DNA of 64,000 bases, taken from NCBI GenBank assembly GCA_963674595.2, contig CAXXFV010000027.1, positions 32,001-96,000 on the forward strand. Reading direction: 5' to 3'. The translations under genes were made by a program, and so were the position numbers. Within the stretch, counting starts at the first letter, position 1, and each line of letters begins with the position of its first letter. Source of the stretch: a bacterium (GTDB lineage: Bacteria > Zhuqueibacterota > Zhuqueibacteria > Residuimicrobiales > Krinioviventaceae). Below are positions 57,519-64,000 of the stretch, in pieces. Below the pieces are notes generated by a model. The model ran no database searches, was not told the DNA's origin, and saw nothing but the letters and a program-made list of their open reading frames with translations.

Positions 57519-58412
57519 TCAAAAAAGTTCAAAATTTTCATTATTTCCGACAGATTGCATGTGAGCAAGAGAGGGATAAAATCTTTTTAAATGGGCAGGC
57601 ACTATAGGAGGTTGCTGATAAAGCATTTCCTGGCATTCAAAACCATTAACAATGGCTTGTCCTTTAAAATGATTGTTAAAAACGACAAATGTTTGATTTG
57701 TTGTATTAGAAATTTCCCGGATGTTAGTTATCCAGTCTGTCATTTCATCTTTATTGTATAAATAATTATAACGTTCATCACGCCCGCTTTTTTCGTTAAA
57801 CCAGTTGGAATAGTTGCGTCCATGTAGTCTAACGTAACCGATATCAGAAGTGACGATTTTATCAGGTTTTACAGATTTACCGATGACAGGCTGATCAACA
57901 TTGACAAAACCTATTTTTTGTGACTCTAAGTATTTATAGATTTTTGAATCATTCCAGCTTGAATGCCGAAACTCCACGACCAGGGGAAAGTCAAATTGAT
58001 TTCGGATATTATCTATTTTTTCCAAAGAAGTTTTATTATTTTTAAAACTCCAGGGAAATTGCACCAAAACAGCCCCTAGTAAATTTGCTTTAGTCAGGAT
58101 AGAAAATATAATTTGAAAATCCTGAACATCAGATTCAGTCGGCTTTTCATTAGAATGAGTAAATTTTTGCCACAATTTGACTGTAAATTTAAACCGGTCG
58201 CTTCCTTTTACCAATGACACCCATCTTTCAATGGTCCCCGGATCAATTTTTCGATAAAAGGTAGAGTTAATTTCTACAAGATTAAAATAGTCCTTGAGAA
58301 ATTGCAGCTCGTTAAAATTTTTGGATCTTTTGGGAGGATAAACAATTCCATTCCAGTCTTTATAACTCCAGCCTGCCGGTCCGATATAAATATTTGATTT
58401 TTCGTCGCTCAT
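57519..58412 (-). CDS. DUF72 (YecE-like) protein
   Basis: GPAGWSYKDW, VEINSTFY, QFPWSF, EFRHSSW, YVRLHGRN, FNNH. Confidence 0.92.
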   Translation of the reverse strand: MSDEKSNIYIGPAGWSYKDWNGIVYPPKRSKNFNELQFLKDYFNLVEINSTFYRKIDPGTIERWVSLVKGSDRFKFTVKLWQKFTHSNEKPTESDVQDFQIIFSILTKANLLGAVLVQFPWSFKNNKTSLEKIDNIRNQFDFPLVVEFRHSSWNDSKIYKYLESQKIGFVNVDQPVIGKSVKPDKIVTSDIGYVRLHGRNYSNWFNEKSGRDERYNYLYNKDEMTDWITNIREISNTTNQTFVVFNNHFKGQAIVNGFECQEMLYQQPPIVPAHLKRFYPSLAHMQSVGNNENFELF

Positions 58413-59680
58413 TAGATAAATATATCAATACCGCACAAAATGTTAAAACGGGAATGTTTCAGTTCGACCTTTGTATTTGCTATATCAAATGGTAACTCAT
58501 CTGTCTGATATTGAAGTATTTGATACCTTAATGCAATATTTATTGAAAATGAAGATTTAACAAGTCCCACTCCCGTTGTTATAAAATGGGATGAAACCTG
58601 CTTGCCCCGGTCAAGATTATCATTGTCAGTCGGCTCAAATATTTGCTCCAGTTGAGAAAGAAATCCGAATCGATAAGGCAACAAGTAGCTTTTTTTACGG
58701 ATTGTATATTCCACACCCATTCGAAATGAATTTGCTTTTTCAAAAATCCGATCTGTTTTTTGCTCGTCTATACTGACAACAGCTTTATGCAACGGCTTTT
58801 GCTGAAAATCAAACACAAAGATAAAGTCAGACATTAGTTGAACAGATAATCCATAGGAGACTTGCAAAGGCATTTCGATATAAGGCTCAATATCATACTC
58901 TGTAACGTTATTGTCCGAATCTTTAAAATTTATTTTTGAATAATAAAGTTTGTAGGGAAACGAAACTTTACTGCCCAAGGAAAACACGCGTGATATTTTT
59001 AATAAAACGCCGGCATCCACAGAAAAACCGGAAAACTTGTTTTCCCAGTTGGATGAATTTTTAGAAACAGCCTCATCTTCATAATCCGTATAATTGTCGT
59101 TTTTTTTATAATTACCGGTGATAAAATTCAACGATGAACCGATATATAAATTTTTAAACAAACAATACCCGAACCCGCCAGACAGGGAATAAATACCTCC
59201 ATTGTACTTTTCTTCTATTTCCCTTTCAAATTGGGTGGTTTCATCCAGTCGGGACCAGGTAATATTATTATTAAAATTACTCATCTGTTTAACAGCGAGT
59301 GCAAATGTTAACGGATTGTTCTTTAGCGGAACAGGAATTGTAAAACCGATAAAAGACAAACCTATATTTCCGTTTATCCGGGCTTTAAATTTTTGGTCCA
59401 GTGAAAGTAAGGTCGGTGTTTTTATTGCAAGGTTACCAAATCCAATATTTGACAAGAGTGTAAATGTTGTTTTTGAATTTTGTGCCAATCCGGCAGGATT
59501 CCAAACAAGTGCCTCTGCATTATCAGCTAATCCGGTGTAAGCATTTCCCATTCCTGCAGCCCGAATACCGGCAGGTGGTTCATTAAATATAATCGGACTA
59601 ATGGAAAATGGTTCGTCCTTACTTTGAGCAGCAACAACAGCAAGTAACAGAATGATAAGAGCAAATCGTAAATGTTTCAT
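58412..59680 (-). CDS. Outer-membrane beta-barrel, FadL/PorV-like
   Basis: Signal peptide from ATG 59680; GIRAAGMGNAYTGLADNAEALVWNPAGL; alternating beta-strand pattern. Confidence 0.8.
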   Translation of the reverse strand: MKHLRFALIILLLAVVAAQSKDEPFSISPIIFNEPPAGIRAAGMGNAYTGLADNAEALVWNPAGLAQNSKTTFTLLSNIGFGNLAIKTPTLLSLDQKFKARINGNIGLSFIGFTIPVPLKNNPLTFALAVKQMSNFNNNITWSRLDETTQFEREIEEKYNGGIYSLSGGFGYCLFKNLYIGSSLNFITGNYKKNDNYTDYEDEAVSKNSSNWENKFSGFSVDAGVLLKISRVFSLGSKVSFPYKLYYSKINFKDSDNNVTEYDIEPYIEMPLQVSYGLSVQLMSDFIFVFDFQQKPLHKAVVSIDEQKTDRIFEKANSFRMGVEYTIRKKSYLLPYRFGFLSQLEQIFEPTDNDNLDRGKQVSSHFITTGVGLVKSSFSINIALRYQILQYQTDELPFDIANTKVELKHSRFNILCGIDIFI

Positions 59681-59752
59681 AAAATTCAGATATCCGGTAA
59701 AATTATAAAAAGAATGGGAGAATGAAATCATTCGCCCATTCAAGTGGTATAT

Positions 59753-60502
59753 TTATTTATCTCTTTTTAAAAAGGGTTCCAGCAAATCAATAGGAATTGG
59801 AAAAATTGTTGTTGAATTGTTTTCAGAGGCAATTTCATTCAGAGTTTGCAGGTAACGCAATTGCAATGCCTGTGGATGTTTTGCCATAATTTCTGCAGCA
59901 TTTGCCAATGTTTGAGACGCCTGAAACTCACCCTCAGCATGAATAACCTTGGCGCGTCGTTCTCTTTCAGCTTCTGCCTGACGTGCCATAGCGCGCTGCA
60001 TTTCAACCGGTAAATCAACATGTTTTACCTCAACAAGACTTACTTTAATGCCCCATGGGTCTGTGTGGTTGTCAATAATTCGCTGTAATTCCTGGTTTAT
60101 TTTTTCGCGTGCTGATAAAAGGTCATCAAGTTCTGCTTGTCCCAAAATACTTCTCAAAGTTGTTTGTGAAAGTTGGGATGTTGCAAAAAGATAATCTTCT
60201 ACCTCGACAATGGCTTTACTGGGATCAAGAACACGAAAATATAAAACAGCGTTAACTTTGACTGAAACATTGTCTTTCGTAATGATATCCTGAGGAGGAA
60301 CATCCATCGCGATGGTACGCAAACTGACTTTGACCATACGATCGATAATCGGGATGATAAAAATAATTCCAGGACCTTTTGAGCCGGCCAACCGGCCAAG
60401 ACGAAAAATAACACCTCTTTCATATTCTCTTAAAACTTTGACAGCGCTGGCTAACAATAAAACCAACAGAATAATGACAACGGATAAAGGATTTATGACC
60501 AT
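59753..60502 (-). CDS. SPFH/stomatin (slipin) protein
   Basis: [45 protein letters not shown]. Confidence 0.95.
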   Translation of the reverse strand: MVINPLSVVIILLVLLLASAVKVLREYERGVIFRLGRLAGSKGPGIIFIIPIIDRMVKVSLRTIAMDVPPQDIITKDNVSVKVNAVLYFRVLDPSKAIVEVEDYLFATSQLSQTTLRSILGQAELDDLLSAREKINQELQRIIDNHTDPWGIKVSLVEVKHVDLPVEMQRAMARQAEAERERRAKVIHAEGEFQASQTLANAAEIMAKHPQALQLRYLQTLNEIASENNSTTIFPIPIDLLEPFLKRDK

Positions 60503-60533
60503 GTTAAACCTCCTGTACGAAAAATTTCCAATT

Positions 60534-61823
60534 TTAACATTTTCTGACTTTTATAACAAGTCCATCAACTCTGGTAATTTGTACATCATCACCTTTTTTA
60601 ATAGGTTCGTCACTGAATGCTTTCCAAATTTCACCATGAATTTGTACCTGGCCGTCTTTATCAATTTTTGTTATAGCTGTGCCTATTTCACCAATCAACC
60701 CTTCACGACCGGTCGTAGGTTTAGTAAGACGGGTTTTAACAGCCATGCTCAGGGCAAATACAATAAATAAACCCGTAACAAGCGTAACAGCTATGGCCAC
60801 CTTCCAGTCTACCTGAATGGGAAACCCAGGTGTTTCTTCGAATAGCATAATAGAGCCAAGAAACATTGCCACAATACCTCCTATGGTTAAAACTCCATAA
60901 CTCGTTACTTTAACTTCAAGAATAAATAGAATAATAGCAAATAAAATTAATAATAGTCCGGCACCTCTGACCGGTAAAGTTTGTAATGCAAAAAACGCCA
61001 AAATAATAAATATGCCGCCGGCTACACCGGGTATAACAGCTCCCGGGTTGGAAAATTCAAAAAATAAACCGTAAATACCAAGCATTAACAGAATATAGGC
61101 AATAGTCGGATTTGATATTTTGTAAAGAATTTGTGTCCGCCAGCTCATATTAACAAGAACGATTTTTGCATTTGCAGTATCTAATACCTTTTCATTCCCT
61201 TCCAGCTCAATTTTACGTCCATCAAGCTGCTTAATTAAATCGCTTTCGGTTGGGCAAATCATATCAATGACGTTTATTTCAAGCGCTTCTTTTTCGTTTA
61301 TGGAAACACTTTCACGGACCGCTTTTTCCGCCCAGTCTGCATTTCTGCCTCTTTTTTCTGCAATGCCGCGAATCCATGTTGAAGCATAGTTTGTCACTTT
61401 TTCACCCATTACCTGGGATGTGTCCTGCTTGCCCCCAACACCAACCGGATGGGCCGCACCGATATTTGTTCCTTCAGCCATAGCCGCAACATTGCACGCC
61501 AGAGTGATAAATGTGCCGGCTGACACCGCTCCGGAACCGCTTGGGGCAATATACATCACGACCGGAACCTGAGAGCTGAGTATTTTTTTTACAATAGTTT
61601 TGGTTGATTCCAACAGACCGCCCGGTGTGTCCATCTGGATAATAAGACATTGAAAATTTTCCGTTTCAGCCTTTGTAATGTTATCCACGATAAACTTGGC
61701 AGAAACAGGATTGATGTCGCCTTCGATAACTATTTTAAGTATTTCATCCTGTGCAGAATGAGCGGCAACAGGCAGAATCAAAAAAATTAAAAGAACATAA
61801 AGTCTTTTCATTTTAATTCTCAT
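60534..61823 (-). CDS. nfeD: Long NfeD (ClpP-class protease + TM + OB fold), stomatin partner
   Basis: [32 protein letters not shown]. Confidence 0.92.
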   Translation of the reverse strand: MRIKMKRLYVLLIFLILPVAAHSAQDEILKIVIEGDINPVSAKFIVDNITKAETENFQCLIIQMDTPGGLLESTKTIVKKILSSQVPVVMYIAPSGSGAVSAGTFITLACNVAAMAEGTNIGAAHPVGVGGKQDTSQVMGEKVTNYASTWIRGIAEKRGRNADWAEKAVRESVSINEKEALEINVIDMICPTESDLIKQLDGRKIELEGNEKVLDTANAKIVLVNMSWRTQILYKISNPTIAYILLMLGIYGLFFEFSNPGAVIPGVAGGIFIILAFFALQTLPVRGAGLLLILFAIILFILEVKVTSYGVLTIGGIVAMFLGSIMLFEETPGFPIQVDWKVAIAVTLVTGLFIVFALSMAVKTRLTKPTTGREGLIGEIGTAITKIDKDGQVQIHGEIWKAFSDEPIKKGDDVQITRVDGLVIKVRKC

Positions 61824-62102
61824 CCATAAATTTATATTTCGATTACACTTTAAATGTATTAAACCGTTTGGCTAAAATCAATATTTTTTACAAAGCAACC
61901 ACTTTAAAAGATTCGTTTTTTACACAACAAAAGAGTTATAACATTAAATTCCGTTATATTGTGACATAAAGTGACTTGTTAATATTACACAACACAAATG
62001 TTGGATTTTAAATAATTTTTGTTTACGTTCCATATTTGAAAAAGCAAAATTTGAGCAACACATTTCTATTTCTTCTTCAAGAAAACTTGCAAAGGACAAT
62101 TT

Positions 62103-63107
62103 TTGACACCTGAAAATCTTGAAATACTATTTTATCAATACTTTAAACAAGAATGTAAAACGGTTATTCAGCTACGCGGAGACGGCTCGGACAGGCGTGT
62201 TTATCGTTTAATAAATGAAAACTTTTCTGTTATTGGCGTTATCGGAAAAGATAAAGCCGAAGATGAGGCATTTGTTTCATTTACTCAACATTTTCATAAA
62301 AATGGTTTACCGGTACCTGAAATATTTATCGCTGATTTGAACAAAAATATATACCTGGAAAAAGATTTGGGAGATTTAACCCTGGCAGAATTTGTTAAGG
62401 AAAATGTAAATAACGTTTCCCAAATAACAGAAATATACCGTAACGTCCTTGAAAACCTGACACATTTTCAAATTACTGCCGGGAAAAGTATAAACTTGAA
62501 AAAGTGTTATCAGCATCCGGTATTCGCTTATGATTCCATGATGTGGGATTTACATTACTTTGAACAACGATTTTTAAATGCTTTTTACAAGGAAAAGTTT
62601 GATATAAATAAATTACACAAAGAATTTGAGGTCCTTGTTGCCCATTTGCAGGAAGAAGAGTCTAATTACTTTATGTATCGTGATTTTCAGTCGCGTAATA
62701 TTATGATCCAAAAAGATAGTCCCTGGTTTTTAGATTACCAGTCCGGGCGCAAAGGTGCACTGGCTTACGACGTCGCTTCACTTTTATACGATCCGTATGT
62801 TGATCTCACCGAGGATTTTCGCTCTGAGATGCTAAACCATTACTTGAACTATACCAACCAATTCATTGCTATTTCAAAAGATAGATTTTTAGGTTATTTC
62901 CCTGGATTTGCGTTTATTCGAATGTTGCAGGCCCTGGCTGCCTATGGATTTTTATCTGTTATAAAGGGGAAAAAAGAATTTTTATCCAGCATAAAACCGG
63001 CTGTAAATAATCTTGTTATCATTATAAATAACGTTGCTGTAAAAAATGAGTTGACTGAACTGGAAAAGATCATTCATAACCTGGGAAAATATAATTTTGA
63101 TTTTTAA
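62103..63107 (+). CDS. APH-family phosphotransferase (AmgK-like sugar kinase)
   Basis: GDGSDRRVYR, EKDLGD, YRDFQSRNIM, LDYQSGR, YDVASLLYD. Confidence 0.82.
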   Translation: MTPENLEILFYQYFKQECKTVIQLRGDGSDRRVYRLINENFSVIGVIGKDKAEDEAFVSFTQHFHKNGLPVPEIFIADLNKNIYLEKDLGDLTLAEFVKENVNNVSQITEIYRNVLENLTHFQITAGKSINLKKCYQHPVFAYDSMMWDLHYFEQRFLNAFYKEKFDINKLHKEFEVLVAHLQEEESNYFMYRDFQSRNIMIQKDSPWFLDYQSGRKGALAYDVASLLYDPYVDLTEDFRSEMLNHYLNYTNQFIAISKDRFLGYFPGFAFIRMLQALAAYGFLSVIKGKKEFLSSIKPAVNNLVIIINNVAVKNELTELEKIIHNLGKYNFDF

Positions 63108-63248
63108 AAATTGCATACCATTTAGAAAATAAATGTTTTAATGCTTGCTTTTTTAAGTGACATTGTTATCTTTACTGTCGTAACAAAAATAAATACAATA
63201 GAATACTATTAAAACAATATCTATATAAATTTAAAGGAAATTTTATTC

Positions 63249-63989
63249 ATGGACAAAAGAGAGCTTGAACAAACACTTGTGCTCCTTAAACCCGATGCAC
63301 TTAAAAATTCTTTAACGGGTTATTTATTATCGCAATTATCCGAATTTCATACAGGACTCCATTTTTCTGCTGCCAAAGTTTTACATGTGCACAAAATGTT
63401 GGCTGAAGAGCACTATTCCGAACATCGTGAAAAAGCCTTCTTTCCGGCCCTTTTAGAATATATTACCGGCGCTGTTCACTATGCCAAAGAACCGTGGAAA
63501 CAACGCGTTATTGCCATTGTTTATCAGGGAACAGATGCTGTTAAAAAAATTCGTGCCATAGCCGGTCCCACAAATCCACATGTTGCACGTGACGAAAAGC
63601 CGGGCTGTATTCGGGCACTTGGAACTGTCGTTACGATAAAAGACGAAAACGGAAAAGTTATTGGTGACAGATTGGATAACCTTATCCATGCGTCCGCCAG
63701 TATTGAAGAGGGTGAACGGGAAATAAAACTCTGGTTCAAACCCAATGAAATCCCCCCGCTGATGCAGTCTTTTGAAACAGAAATGAGCGACAGTTTCTAT
63801 TATTATAAAGATCACAAATTATACACAGAACGCCAGAAAGACAGTATTTGCATATTGGCCCCTCAGGATATGGCATGGAAATCTGATCTCGAAACATTGC
63901 GTAATATTGCCGACGGTAAACCTGCTGCAGATACACTGGAAACAGTTGTGGCAAAATATCTCATCAATGAAAACCGTGGTATTGAATAA
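63249..63989 (+). CDS. ndk: Nucleoside-diphosphate kinase with C-terminal extension
   Basis: EQTLVLLKPDA, EHYSEH, GPTNP...PGCIR, NLIHAS, EREIKLWF. Confidence 0.88.
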   Translation: MDKRELEQTLVLLKPDALKNSLTGYLLSQLSEFHTGLHFSAAKVLHVHKMLAEEHYSEHREKAFFPALLEYITGAVHYAKEPWKQRVIAIVYQGTDAVKKIRAIAGPTNPHVARDEKPGCIRALGTVVTIKDENGKVIGDRLDNLIHASASIEEGEREIKLWFKPNEIPPLMQSFETEMSDSFYYYKDHKLYTERQKDSICILAPQDMAWKSDLETLRNIADGKPAADTLETVVAKYLINENRGIE

Positions 63990-64000
63990 ATTTTTAACAC

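Noticed and set aside
61915-61995. TTACACAAC seen twice and TTGTGAC in the nfeD/kinase intergenic region as a CRP or Rex site
   Set aside because: No matching second half-site; short repeats are expected in AT-rich DNA

Overview
AT-rich bacterial chromosomal window with mostly housekeeping and metabolic genes. Gene content (alternative complex III, PorV/FadL-like barrels, FlgD-type C-terminal sorting domain, bifunctional FtcD) suggests an FCB-superphylum organism such as KSB1 or Calditrichota; this is inference only. In order it holds a 5'-truncated xylA, actABCDEF, purM-gpsA-usp-asnS-acyP-apt, buk-ptb, a large beta-propeller surface protein next to a PorV-OmpA-AMIN fusion, and a PEP-utilising enzyme/MrfA-like helicase/MrfB-like exonuclease/AlaX run. 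Then come an RR-CheC-hybrid kinase module, kbl, ispG, ftcD, tRNA-Pro(CGG), leuS, a lexA/ImuB-like pair split by an antisense orphan, nfnAB, a redox cluster, nfeD-SPFH and ndk. Many genes in about 17.7-28 kb and 41.7-53.5 kb, including essential leuS, are broken by single-base indels, which look like long-read errors rather than pseudogenes. The best novel signal is a 56-codon membrane protein missing from the ORF track (57457..57287, minus strand) with an in-frame UGA (PT-U-MSGAC) followed by a SECIS-like hairpin. It lies 2 nt upstream of an FmdB zinc-ribbon gene whose own UGA is also followed by a SECIS-like hairpin. These two genes head a CoA-disulfide reductase/DUF6132/pentaheme cytochrome cluster. 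A candidate new LexA operator is also visible.
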